Position numbers and translations under genes: made by a program. A DNA stretch of 64,000 nucleotides from a candidate division FCPU426 bacterium (GTDB lineage: Bacteria > Oederibacteriota > Muellerivitia > Muellerivitales > Muellerivitaceae), in NCBI GenBank assembly GCA_963796105.1, contig CAWCKJ010000004.1:128001-192000 (forward strand). The letters are read 5' to 3'. Below the pieces are notes generated by a model. That model saw only the letters and a program-made list of their open reading frames with translations. It was not told the origin of the DNA and made no database searches. Shown here in pieces: positions 20,258 through 29,773 of this stretch. Position 1 is the first letter of the stretch. Each line of letters starts with the position of its first letter.

Positions 20258-21962
20258 CCGGGATTTCCCAGATGACTTCTTCCTGCAACATCGCCGGTTA
20301 ATTTGTTCCTCATTATATTGCCCCCCCCCCGCTTCTTCCATCGGAATTCAGAATTTTCAGGTCCCAGGCCAGTTGAATGAGCCCCAGGAAAAGGTTTATG
20401 TGCCCAAAAAACCTGAAAAATGACTTTCGGAAAGGCTATTCTCGTTGTGAGCGCACACTTATCCAACGATAGTTGATCGGGTTGCAGCCATGAAGCGTTC
20501 CTGCGGTTATCGCAGTACTGGTGCTCGCGGCCTTACCATCGCCAATAGCCGTTTCCGATTAAGGATTTCAGCAAACAGGCGTCGGGAAACCATCACCTCC
20601 GCCATCTGAAAAACCACGTACCGCGAATGGCGGATGACATTGGCCCCGATCTTGATGAGTTTTTCCCGCAAGGTCGTCAACGACCAATGTTTCACCATTT
20701 CTGGCAAGACCAGACGGCGCAGGAAGTTGCCCAGATTGTAAGCCAGTGCAAATAGTTGCAACCTTACTTGATTGTCCGCGAAGTCGTGGCAACTTAGTCT
20801 TGTCCACTTCATCGCGTACTTCCCCTCCTTGATCCACTGCTCAGCCGTGCCTCGCCCGTTGTAGAACCTCACCACCTGAGGAGCCGGTCGACGCATGTTC
20901 GTCACAATGAAACCAACCCTCGGGAAAAGCTCGCCATGGTGGTGTTCTATTTTCGCCACCACGCGGCGGGGTGTATTCCAACTGGCGGCTTGGTATTGGA
21001 AGCTGTGATACCGGAGGACAGGCTTGTAGGAAGGGCGGCCCACGGGACGGATTAAAAATGGCTCAATTTCCCGTTGCAGCACGTCATTAGCGGGTTGGCG
21101 GATCGCGTAAAGGTATCTTTCGTCTTCCAGGTACTCGTATAGTTCCTGACGGGCGAAGGCCGCGTCACCCCGGAAAAACCGGCTGATGGAAAGACCCCGG
21201 TAGCGGGCAACTACCGGTTCAAGAACCGAGCGCCATTCGTGGGCGCTGGCCACATTGCCGTTGCGCAACATCCCCCGTTCCAAATCACCGAACTGGTTGA
21301 AGCAGAAGAGAGGATGGTAGCAGGTACAGCCAAAATAACCGTTGTACAAGGAGCCTTCCTGATCCCCGTAGGTCTCGCTCACGGAGCTGTCCATGTCGAG
21401 GACGATCTGTTGGATGGGCTTTTTTTTATGGACCGCATCAATCCATTGGCCGGACAGATTAATCAGGCCGATCAGGTTTTTCGACTGGGTGAGAACCTCC
21501 GTTTCGAAACGTCCCATCTGGCTTGTGGAGGCGGCCTGTTTGTCCCTCGCCCGTCCTCCGATTACATGCCGCATTGCGGGATCGACACTCAAGCGCTCCG
21601 CGTCGTTGGTATCTTCGTATCCGGCCAAGCGGCTGAATACCGACTGGCGAAGAAGCGCCGTCATCGTGTGTTGCGTGTTCTTGCCGGTCCGCCGATCCCA
21701 AAGGATGTTTTCGGATGAGGCCGTCAAGCCGAAGGCTTCATCCAACTCGCGATAGGGAATCAACCCGCCGTCGGAAGTGACCTTCGCACCATGAAATTCC
21801 AGTTTGAGACCAGGATCAAAAACCACCCGAAGAGCGTCTTTTCTGCCTTCACCCATTGAATTTCCCCTTCTCGTAATCCCCGAAGTGAAGAAAAACCTTT
21901 GTTTATATAGCCAAACGATGTCTTATTATACTCGAAGAGAAATTTCATCTGGGAAATCCGGG
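20258..21962 (-). mobile_element. IS1380-family insertion sequence (1705 bp)
   Basis: Terminal IRs CCGGGATTTCCCAGATGA (20258-20275) and TCATCTGGGAAATCCGGG (21945-21962), 17/18 match; flanks TTTAA and TTTAG. Confidence 0.9.
20507..21856 (-). CDS. IS1380-family DDE transposase
   Basis: VTSDGG, GYEDTNDA, LDMDSS, FRGDAAF and YNGRGTAEQWIKEGK motifs; intact 449 aa. Confidence 0.95.
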   Translation of the reverse strand: MGEGRKDALRVVFDPGLKLEFHGAKVTSDGGLIPYRELDEAFGLTASSENILWDRRTGKNTQHTMTALLRQSVFSRLAGYEDTNDAERLSVDPAMRHVIGGRARDKQAASTSQMGRFETEVLTQSKNLIGLINLSGQWIDAVHKKKPIQQIVLDMDSSVSETYGDQEGSLYNGYFGCTCYHPLFCFNQFGDLERGMLRNGNVASAHEWRSVLEPVVARYRGLSISRFFRGDAAFARQELYEYLEDERYLYAIRQPANDVLQREIEPFLIRPVGRPSYKPVLRYHSFQYQAASWNTPRRVVAKIEHHHGELFPRVGFIVTNMRRPAPQVVRFYNGRGTAEQWIKEGKYAMKWTRLSCHDFADNQVRLQLFALAYNLGNFLRRLVLPEMVKHWSLTTLREKLIKIGANVIRHSRYVVFQMAEVMVSRRLFAEILNRKRLLAMVRPRAPVLR

Positions 21963-22379
21963 TTTAGTAACTGTCCAATCATTCTCGAGTGAGCTTTTTG
22001 CCGTAATCTCATAAATAAACCCCGCCGCGCATAAAAGACCCCCTTCCACAAGGAAAGCCATGCCTGTGTTGTCATTGTCCGCGGAGGACCTGAGGAGTCG
22101 GTCCGCTTCCGGATCGTTAAGGGGGTCAAGGACCGCCTTCAATTGCTGGAAGGACTCTAATTTTAAGCCTTTATAATAATAGTTCTGGGTCGGCCTTTTA
22201 TCAGCTCCACCATGCTGGATCTCAATGGGATAGAATTTTTGTTCAGAACCAGATTTTTTAATCTTGGTTTTCTTGTATTCTGCTTTAAGAGTGTTTTGGC
22301 CTATTTGGGTGTCCAGCGATTGGCCAAACCCCCCGGACGCAATCAGGAATACTAAGAAAAAAACTGCTAATTTCCGCAT
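21945..22379 (-). CDS. Exported/membrane hypothetical protein, 3'-truncated by IS1380
   Basis: GGAG RBS and signal peptide MRKLAVFFLVFLIASGGFG. The last codons (PGFPR*) come from the IS end. Confidence 0.6.
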   Translation of the reverse strand: MRKLAVFFLVFLIASGGFGQSLDTQIGQNTLKAEYKKTKIKKSGSEQKFYPIEIQHGGADKRPTQNYYYKGLKLESFQQLKAVLDPLNDPEADRLLRSSADNDNTGMAFLVEGGLLCAAGFIYEITAKSSLENDWTVTKPGFPR

Positions 22380-22526
22380 ATTTTCTCTCCGTTGTTCATA
22401 ATCCACCTTTAATACGGTCCTATATTACTTCCGTTCAGGACCACTCAGATACATATTGTGAGAAGTGGTATCTAATCTCTGGTAAGCGAGGGCATCCGAA
22501 AGTCAGATCCCCCATTCCGACAGGGC

Positions 22527-22759
22527 TTCCAACAGCCAGATTGCGCATTCCGACAGGGAGCCCGGCTTTCCGACAGGGCTTCCGACAGTCAGACCGCCCA
22601 TTCCGACAGGGGGCCGTCCTTTCCGACAGGCCTTCCAACAGTCAGACCGTTCATTCCGACAGGGGCTCGGGCTTTCCGACAGGGCTTCCGACAATCAGAC
22701 CGCGCATTCCGACAGGGGCTCGGCATTTCCGACAGGGCTTCCGACATCTGTGGGCAGGG
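22527..22759. repeat. Tandem array 1: four 53-bp units, each with three TTCC(G/A)ACA cores
   Basis: Units start at 22527, 22580, 22633 and 22686; the array ends in TTCCGACATCTGTGGGCAGGG. Confidence 0.9.
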
Positions 22760-22975
22760 AATCTTGAAGTCAATGTTAAATTTTGAGTTTTGAATTCTTA
22801 ATTTTGGTAGATTTCCGGGGTTTGGAAATCCTCGATAATTCAACATCCCGCCCCGAGTATTATCGAGGGGTTAACATTCAGAATTCATAATTGCCGTTAA
22901 AAAGTGAGTAGGATTTCCTTTGCCGACCGGCAGGTTAGCGACCCCGACCGCCGAAAAACCCGAATCGACCAGCGG

Positions 22976-23172
22976 GCTCCCGGAACCTGCGGGCAGGACT
23001 CCCGAAAATTACGGGCAGGGCTCCCGACACCTGCGGGCAGGACCCCGAAACCTGCGGGCAGGGCTCCCGACACCTGCGGGCAGGGCTCCCGACACCTGCG
23101 GGCAGGCTCCCGACATCTGCGGGCAGGACTGCCAAAACCTGCGGGCAGGGCTCCCGGCATCTGCGGGCAAGG
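22976..23172. repeat. Tandem array 2: nine ~21-22-bp units, consensus GCTCCCGACACCTGCGGGCAGG
   Basis: Direct inspection; core CCTGC-GG-GCAGG is a short palindrome. Confidence 0.9.
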
Positions 23173-23215
23173 TTCCCAGCTAGTTCCCGAGTTCCCTGGT
23201 TCCCGGCTAATTCCT

Positions 23216-23864
23216 GAGTTCCAAGGTTCCAGGCCAGTTCCAGGAGTTCCAGAGTTCCAGGATTCCCGGGTTCCAAGGTTCCAGGCCAGTTCCAGGAGTT
23301 CCAGAGTTCCAGGATTCCCGAGTTCCAAGGTTCCAGGCCAGTTCCAGAAGTTCCAGAGTTCCAGGAATCCCGAGTTCCAAGGTTCCAGGCCAGTTCCAGA
23401 AGTTCCAGAGTTCCAAGATTCCCGAGTTCCAAGGTTCCAGGCCAGTTCCAGGAGTTCCAGAGTTCCAGGATTCCCGGGTTCCAAGGTTCCAGGCCAGTTC
23501 CAGGAGTTCCAGAGTTCCAGGATTCCCGAGTTCCAAGGTTCCAGGCCAGTTCCAGGAGTTCCAGAGTTCCAGGATTCCCGAGTTCCAAGGTTCCAGGCCA
23601 GTTCCAGAAGTTCCAGAGTTCCAGGATTCCCGAGTTCCAAGGTTCCAGGCCGGTTCCAGGAGTTCCAGAGTTCCAGGATTCCCGAGTTCCAAGGTTCCAG
23701 GCCGGTTCCAGGAGTTCCAGAGTTCCAGGATTCCCGAGTTCCAAGGTTCCAGGCCAGTTCCAGGAGTTCCAGAGTTCCAGGATTCCCGGGTTCCAAGGTT
23801 CCAGGCCAGTTCCAGGAGTTCCAGAGTTCCAGGATTCCCGGGTTCCAAGGTTCCAGGCCGGTTC
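23216..23864. repeat. Tandem array 3: ~12.5 near-identical 52-bp units built of GTTCCA cores
   Basis: GAGTTCCAAGGTTCCAGGCCAGTTCCAGGAGTTCCAGAGTTCCAGGATTCCC, period 52 from 23216 to 23840. Confidence 0.95.
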
Positions 23865-24133
23865 TCGAGTTCTCGGTCAGTTATCGGGTTCCCGGCTAGT
23901 TCTCGGATTCCTGTGGTTCCCGGCCGGCGAAAAACCCACTAATTTCAAGTTTAAAACGCCAAATTTTGGCTAGATTTCCATACTTTGGAAATCCTCGATA
24001 ATTCAACATTTAAAATTAAAAATTCAAAATTGTTATTCCATGCCAATGGAATAACCCCTCTTGGGAACTTTTCCTTTTGAGCTGTGTCCAATGGGGTATA
24101 GGCAGTTCAAAACATTCACACAGGAGAAAGGTC

Positions 24134-25018
24134 ATGCGATTAAACAAGATGCTTCTAGCCGGGCTTCTGGTCCTGGGGGTCGCGAACACCCAGGCCGCCA
24201 CCAAGGAACATACCGTCAAATACCGCCTCGCGATCCAGGAGGACGACCGGCTGGTCCACGAGACCCGCCACCAGCCCTACCAGTTCCGGGTGGAAATCGT
24301 GAGCGATGACGAAGGGGTGAAACCAGAGACCTACCGTAACGGGCGGCCCTTTATCACAGCCTCCAGGGGGGAGAATTACTCGGTACGGCTCTACAATCCC
24401 CTGCCAGTGAGGGTGGCCGTGAACCTGACGGTGGACGGGCTTAATTCCATCACCGGCAAGCCCAGCGGCATCTCGGACGGCCAAAAATGGGTCATCGACC
24501 CCTATAGCTCCGTCACAATCCCGGGATGGCAGGTGAGCGGTGAGGAAGCCAGGCGCTTCTTCTTTACCAACAAACCCAAGTCCTACGCCCAATGGCGGGG
24601 GAATGAGATGGGAAAGGACCTGGCGGCCAACTGCGGTGTGATCGGCGCGGCCTACTTCTGGAACCAGGATGAGTTGAACCAGTATTACGATTCCCACCCG
24701 ATCTACCGTTACAGCCAACAGCCTTACCCGTATAACTCCTATCGCGCCAAGGCTTACGACAGTTTATGCGCTCCGCCCGCGCCCGCTTGCACCAGCGGAA
24801 TGATGGAAAGAAAAGCGAAAAAAGAAGCGCCTGAGGAGCAGGCGGGAACCGGCATGGGAGAGCGTGAATCCAACCCCACCTACCAGGTGTCTTTCGACTA
24901 CAACGCCGGGATGTATTCCCTCGACCAGGCCGTGGTCATCTATTACGACTTTGCCAAGACCCCGAGGCCCAACCCCTTCCCGGACCTCAGCTTCGCCCCG
25001 GAAATGCCCCTGCACTGA
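24134..25018 (+). CDS. Secreted conserved hypothetical protein
   Basis: AGGAG RBS; signal peptide; GENYSVRLYN...VAVNLTVDGLNSITG...GVIGAAYF; strong GC3 bias. Confidence 0.8.
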   Translation: MRLNKMLLAGLLVLGVANTQAATKEHTVKYRLAIQEDDRLVHETRHQPYQFRVEIVSDDEGVKPETYRNGRPFITASRGENYSVRLYNPLPVRVAVNLTVDGLNSITGKPSGISDGQKWVIDPYSSVTIPGWQVSGEEARRFFFTNKPKSYAQWRGNEMGKDLAANCGVIGAAYFWNQDELNQYYDSHPIYRYSQQPYPYNSYRAKAYDSLCAPPAPACTSGMMERKAKKEAPEEQAGTGMGERESNPTYQVSFDYNAGMYSLDQAVVIYYDFAKTPRPNPFPDLSFAPEMPLH

Positions 25019-25103
25019 AGCCACAAGCTGAAGCGCGGGACTTGGGTGTGCTAATGCCTAACTTCGCATTAGTACCGTAAGGCATCGGTGAGATAAAACA
25101 AAT

Positions 25104-25138
25104 GAACCCGGCTTGTTTCTAAGTCGGGTTCTTTTGTT
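25104..25138 (+). terminator. Intrinsic terminator
   Basis: AACCCGGCTT-GTTTCT-AAGTCGGGTT followed by CTTTTGTTT. Confidence 0.65.
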
Positions 25139-25300
25139 TAGAGTAAAGTAGATATGCTCTCCGCCATACTTGTCATGAAATCAGGAAAAGATTAAAGGCA
25201 TTCAAGACTGCCTCCCAGGGATCTGAAACAATTCCCGTGACTCCCGACTATGATAAAGTGGTTATATCCAGCTTGATCTACTTCTCTTTGGAGGTTTTAT

Positions 25301-25876
25301 ATGAAAAAAATCGCGCTTGCGCCTAACACCATCCTTCATCCCCATCCCGTGATGCTTATCGGAACCTATGGAGCCGATGGGAAACCGAATCTCATGAACG
25401 CGGCCTGGGGCGGTATCAGCTCCAGCAATCCGCCCTGCGTGTCGGTGTCGTTGCGCGAAGCGACTCTCACCTACCACAACATCCTGCACAGTAAGGCGTT
25501 CACCGTCGGGATTCCATCCCGTAAATACGTCAAGGCCGCCGATTACGTCGGCCTCGTCTCGGGACGGGAACATGACAAATTCAAGGAAACCGGGCTCACT
25601 CCGCTCAAGAGCGAAAAGATCAACGCCCCGCTGGCCGCCGAATTGCCGTACTCCCTGGAATGCAGGCTTTTCCAGCAACACAAGCTTGGGTTACACACGA
25701 TCTTCATCGGGGAGATCATGGGAATTCTCGCCGACGAGGATGTCCTTGGTCCGAAGGGATTCCCGGATATTGAGAAGACCCAGGCGATTCTCTACGGAGG
25801 TTTCGAGGGCAACCACTATTACGCAATCGGTGAAAACCTCGGGGCGGCCTTTTCAATAGGGAAGAACCTCAAGTAA
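25301..25876 (+). CDS. Flavin reductase-like (flavoredoxin family) protein
   Basis: PHPVMLIGTY...PNLMNAAW, ADYVGLVSGR..DKF, LECRL and GLHTIFIGEI; GGAGG RBS. Confidence 0.9.
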   Translation: MKKIALAPNTILHPHPVMLIGTYGADGKPNLMNAAWGGISSSNPPCVSVSLREATLTYHNILHSKAFTVGIPSRKYVKAADYVGLVSGREHDKFKETGLTPLKSEKINAPLAAELPYSLECRLFQQHKLGLHTIFIGEIMGILADEDVLGPKGFPDIEKTQAILYGGFEGNHYYAIGENLGAAFSIGKNLK

Positions 25877-25895
25877 CCAAAGAAAAAGAGGTTTT

Positions 25896-26089
25896 GCCAC
25901 GGATGCAGGGGATGCACGCGGATAGCCAAGACACTCAAAGAAAGAATGAATTTTAAATTTTCAGTTTTAAGATTTGAATTTCAGGCAAATCCCATGAATC
26001 CCATGTATGCCAGCCTTCCATAAAACTTCAAAGAGGCTGGTATAATGCCGATCCCATTTTGTTTTATGAATGATCGGTATATCCGTGGC
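25896..26089. repeat. Small non-coding element bounded by GCCACGGAT/ATCCGTGGC inverted repeats
   Basis: GCCACGGATGCAGGGGATGCACGCGGAT at the left, ATCCCATGAATCCCATG internally and ATCGGTATATCCGTGGC at the right; resembles repeats that flank GxxExxY genes. Confidence 0.55.
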
Positions 26090-26171
26090 TAAGTATTATT
26101 TATGACTGATCTTTCTTCTAAGATTCTCTCAACTAAGAAATTCCTCTGAAATGATCGGGACATAGAAGATA

Positions 26172-28178
26172 ATGAAGCTCCTATACCCTAAGAAAGACGA
26201 ACATTTTTCCAAACAATCCATGGAATTAACTCCCCAAAACGCCCAGCCAAAACCCTATCCGCGCCTTTGGGTTTTTCCAATCATAGCTTGTTTCATTCTT
26301 CTTCTCGTTTTCTCAGCCCGCAAAATCACCGATTACGATTTGGGTTTCCATTTGAAAAGCGGGGAATGGATTGTCCAACACCACTTGGCGCCGAGCATTG
26401 ATACCTATACTTACGGCGCGGCGGGCCATGAATACGTGGATGCCCATTGTTTTTACCAGGTCCTCCTCTACGGCTTTTACAAATGGTTCGGTTATTCTTC
26501 CCTGACCCTGCTGAACATGGCTGTGATAGCCCTCGTTTTCGTCCTATTACTTCTCCGGATTCGGCTGACACAATCGCCTCCCTGGCTGATCTTCGTCCTC
26601 CTGTTCGTTTCGATTCTCATGATGGAAACGAGATTTATCGTCCGCCCGGAGGTGGTCTCCTGGCTGTTCCTGGGATTGACGTTCTATGTTCTGGAATTGA
26701 ACTTCCAAGGGCATAAGAAATGGCTTTGGCTTTTGCCGGTTCTCCAGTTTTTCTGGGCGAACATGGAGGGGCTCTTTATCCTCGGCTGGGCCCTCTGCGG
26801 GGCGTACTTTATCAGCGGATGGTTTCACGGAAGAAAAATAGACAAGAAATTAGCCGGATGGACCGCGTTATCAATCGGCGTGGATTTCCTGAACCTGAAT
26901 TTCGTGAAGGGAATCCTCTTTCCATTCAGTTTTATCGGCAAACTCCAGAATGGAAACATCTTCAAGTCGTGGATTTTCGAACTGCACCCATCCTGGCCGA
27001 TTATCCTCGGCCATAACGCGATCCTATATCTTAAGATTTACGCCCTCTTCAGCCTTTTGTTATTTCCATGCTTCATTTTGACGATCAAAAAAAGGAAAAT
27101 CCATGAGGCTCTGGTGCTGGCCGCGTTTTTTTACTTATCCTGCGCGGCCTTCCGGAATATCTCAATATTCATGGTGGCCGTCGCACCGATTGCGGCTGCT
27201 TGTTTTAAGGACTTGCTTGAAAAGCATGGATCGGTTTTAAGGAAGATCCAAAACCCATTCCTAAAGGAAAAACTCGCCCCAGTCTTTCTTTGCATTTCGG
27301 TCCTTTTGTTAAGCCTATGGGTATTCAACGACAATTACTACATTTCACAGGAAAGGGATAATCGATTCGGCTTCGGCCTTGACGAGGCTAATGGGCCCTA
27401 CAAAGCAACGGATTTCCTGGTTCAAAACCACCTGACTGGGAGGATTTACAACCACCTTAACTTGGGTGGGTGGTTGGATTGGAAAGCCCCCCAACAGCCT
27501 TTTATCGACGGGAGGCTGGAAGCGATGGGAGAGGGGCTGTTCCGGGAATTCCTGAACAGCTTTGAGCCGGGACAGCTTTCCAAGCAAATCGAGAAATACC
27601 ATCCCCAAATGATCATGTTCGAGTATTACCGGGTGCCCCTTTGGGACAAGGAATTAACGGTCCAACTACATTGGCGGCCGATCTACGTGGACGGGTATTG
27701 TGTCATTTATGCCGCGCCCGATTACGCCCCCCAGTTGCCGGATGTCACGAAAACCGATTATTTGAAAACTTATAATTTGCCGGCTCTCTCCATGGCCCAG
27801 GCCACCCAACTCCTGTTAAAACCCAAACCCTCATTCGAGAATAGGTGGTTCGATGGTTTTCTCCACAGAAGCCTTTATCCGGTTAATTTTGTAAATTTAT
27901 TCGTTTTTTCCCGCGCCCATGAGAAATATGAGGAGGCCCAATCTTTTCTAGGGGAAGCTCTGAGACAGTCCGAAGGGCGGATTTTTGACTCTTTTTATAA
28001 ATTTGGATTGCTCTATCTTCAATGCAGGAAATTCTCCCTGTCAACGCTTTGCATGGAAAGAGCCTTGGAATTAAGGCCGGGTAACGAACCTGCGCTGAAA
28101 ATGCTGGGGGAAATCTTCGAGCAATCGGAGAAATACGAGCAAACCGTCGAGCAAACGCTAAAAACAAAAAGAAGATAA
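26172..28178 (+). CDS. Polytopic membrane protein (GT-C-like) with C-terminal TPR
   Basis: TDYDLGFHLKSGEWI, RPE, WANMEG and FIDGRLE motifs; C-terminal YKFGLLY...ERALELRPGN TPR. Confidence 0.7.
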   Translation: MKLLYPKKDEHFSKQSMELTPQNAQPKPYPRLWVFPIIACFILLLVFSARKITDYDLGFHLKSGEWIVQHHLAPSIDTYTYGAAGHEYVDAHCFYQVLLYGFYKWFGYSSLTLLNMAVIALVFVLLLLRIRLTQSPPWLIFVLLFVSILMMETRFIVRPEVVSWLFLGLTFYVLELNFQGHKKWLWLLPVLQFFWANMEGLFILGWALCGAYFISGWFHGRKIDKKLAGWTALSIGVDFLNLNFVKGILFPFSFIGKLQNGNIFKSWIFELHPSWPIILGHNAILYLKIYALFSLLLFPCFILTIKKRKIHEALVLAAFFYLSCAAFRNISIFMVAVAPIAAACFKDLLEKHGSVLRKIQNPFLKEKLAPVFLCISVLLLSLWVFNDNYYISQERDNRFGFGLDEANGPYKATDFLVQNHLTGRIYNHLNLGGWLDWKAPQQPFIDGRLEAMGEGLFREFLNSFEPGQLSKQIEKYHPQMIMFEYYRVPLWDKELTVQLHWRPIYVDGYCVIYAAPDYAPQLPDVTKTDYLKTYNLPALSMAQATQLLLKPKPSFENRWFDGFLHRSLYPVNFVNLFVFSRAHEKYEEAQSFLGEALRQSEGRIFDSFYKFGLLYLQCRKFSLSTLCMERALELRPGNEPALKMLGEIFEQSEKYEQTVEQTLKTKRR

Positions 28179-28308
28179 ACAACCTGTAGGATTTCCGCTT
28201 CGCCCTTGAACAATCTTAATTTTTTCAGTCAAAACAAAAGTAACCGGTCTGTTCACAAGAGGGGTTCTTTATATTTCCGGTTAAATAGCGAATGATTTCA
28301 TAGAAACA

Positions 28309-29220
28309 TTAAAGCGATTCAAAATAATCTTCGTTTATCACTTTTAACGAATAATTTTGTTTAAGTTCTACACCCACATCATAATGGTACATTAATTCAG
28401 CCAATTCCCTTCCATCGATTAACTTGATTACAGAATCAAAATTGCCAATACATTCTTTTGCTTCTTTTGAAAATGAAGAACTGGTAATAAATATTCCTTT
28501 TTTGGATTTTCGTTCATTCAGGCTACCCACAAATTGCTGAATAGCCGGTCTCCCAACTTGGTTACCCTCACCATATCTTTTTGCTTGTAAATAAATTTTG
28601 TCTAGGCCCAATTTGTCCTGATTTATCACCCCATCGACCCCTCCATCACCACTTTTTCCCAAATGCAAAACACTTTCATCCCCAACCCCATAACCCATTT
28701 TTTTCAACAAATTGATAATCAACCTTTCAAAATCAATGGGGTCAATCGAACGAACTTTGCTGATTAAATCGGAAATTATCGCAGCCTTATATGTTTCGAA
28801 ATTTTGTTCAAGAGCCTCTTCGGGATTCTCATTTGTATCCCGTGATTTATTTTGCGCCTCCTCTTTATCTTTTTTTGGAAGAGCGCGAAATTGCTTGAAT
28901 GATTCATATTTATTAAGTACATCGATATTTATTTTTTTCACCCCACTTTTTAATAGAGCCTTACCTTCATCGGCAATAAGATACAAGCCTCGTTTAGGCC
29001 TTTTTAACAACCCAGCCTTGTACAAATAAAACAAAGCCCATTGTGTCCTATTATCTATTACTCTCTGTTTTCCACTTGGTAGTAACGCGTTTATTTCTTC
29101 TTCACTGAGTTTGAAAAATTTAATTACAGGGGGAAATATTTCATTGCTTTTAGCAGAGCCTTTCTCCGCAACAAACTTAAGGGCTGGCAACATTATGGTT
29201 TGATAATCCGGTATTGGCAT
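28309..29220 (-). CDS. mrr: Mrr-family type IV restriction endonuclease
   Basis: MPIPDYQTIMLP N-terminus; FERL...MGYG; SGDGGVDG...IYLQAKRY; GIFITSS; AGGAG RBS; AT-rich. Confidence 0.9.
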   Translation of the reverse strand: MPIPDYQTIMLPALKFVAEKGSAKSNEIFPPVIKFFKLSEEEINALLPSGKQRVIDNRTQWALFYLYKAGLLKRPKRGLYLIADEGKALLKSGVKKINIDVLNKYESFKQFRALPKKDKEEAQNKSRDTNENPEEALEQNFETYKAAIISDLISKVRSIDPIDFERLIINLLKKMGYGVGDESVLHLGKSGDGGVDGVINQDKLGLDKIYLQAKRYGEGNQVGRPAIQQFVGSLNERKSKKGIFITSSSFSKEAKECIGNFDSVIKLIDGRELAELMYHYDVGVELKQNYSLKVINEDYFESL

Positions 29221-29272
29221 ATTGCTCCTAAAACAAAAATAATCTAAATTCATTATAAATAACCCATAGAAT

Positions 29273-29365
29273 CCCGAGGGCGGGAAAATAAAAAAGCCCT
29301 CGCTCCCTTTCAGGCGCCAGGGCTTCGCGGCCTAAATTAAGCTTCTCTTTGATCAGGACGGGGCG
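29273..29365. repeat. Copy A of the CCCGAGGGCGG / terminator / CTTCGCGGCCTAAATTAAGC module
   Basis: Homologous to 32245-32335, with a 20-bp exact match 29323-29342 = 32293-32312. Contains a minus-strand hairpin and U-tract. Confidence 0.8.
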
Positions 29366-29385
29366 TTACCTCTTTTTTTAGTCTT

Positions 29386-29604
29386 TTAGGCCGTCGCCAA
29401 CGCTACATTTTCAAACACCACCTTCTTCAAGACCTCATCCAAGTGTCCGATGTGATCCTTGGCGTCCAACAGCTCAATCCCGGCAACGGTTCCATCCTGC
29501 GCGTAATCCACCGCCAACCCATCTCCCAATTCCTTGGTGGTGACGGTCGTTTCCTGGAAGCTGATATACAGCACATCCGCTTCCTTGTCATAAGTGATTT
29601 TCAT
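29386..29604 (-). CDS. DUF2283 (YuzE-like) putative antitoxin
   Basis: MKITYDKEADVLYISF...VDY...GTVAGIELLDA signature. Confidence 0.9.
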   Translation of the reverse strand: MKITYDKEADVLYISFQETTVTTKELGDGLAVDYAQDGTVAGIELLDAKDHIGHLDEVLKKVVFENVALATA

Positions 29605-29773
29605 TTCGCCCCCCCTCAGAAATAGAAAACGTAAACAGTATTCACGAATATCTCGTTTTCGCGCTCTTCAAAAACAGCCTTTACTTGTTTTGTATTATAC
29701 GTCTTTCCGTTCCATAGTTTCGGGACTTATATAGTTAACTCCGGAAAGGAATTGCCATGTATAATATAGGACT

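Larger units (their letters stand above)
22821..24009. repeat. 26-bp direct repeat TTTGGAAATCCTCGATAATTCAACAT (22821-22846, 23984-24009) closing each array block
   Basis: Exact 26-bp match, extendable upstream with AATTTTGG(C)TAGATTTCC. Confidence 0.85.

Noticed and set aside
22527..23864. CRISPR or TIGR-like guide array
   Set aside because: Segments between cores are degenerate copies of each other rather than unique spacers, and no cas or tas-like gene is present in the window.
22897..23899. ORFs of 213-331 aa across the tandem arrays
   Set aside because: They are open in several frames on both strands because the 52-bp unit lacks stops; the period is not a multiple of 3 and there is no convincing start context.
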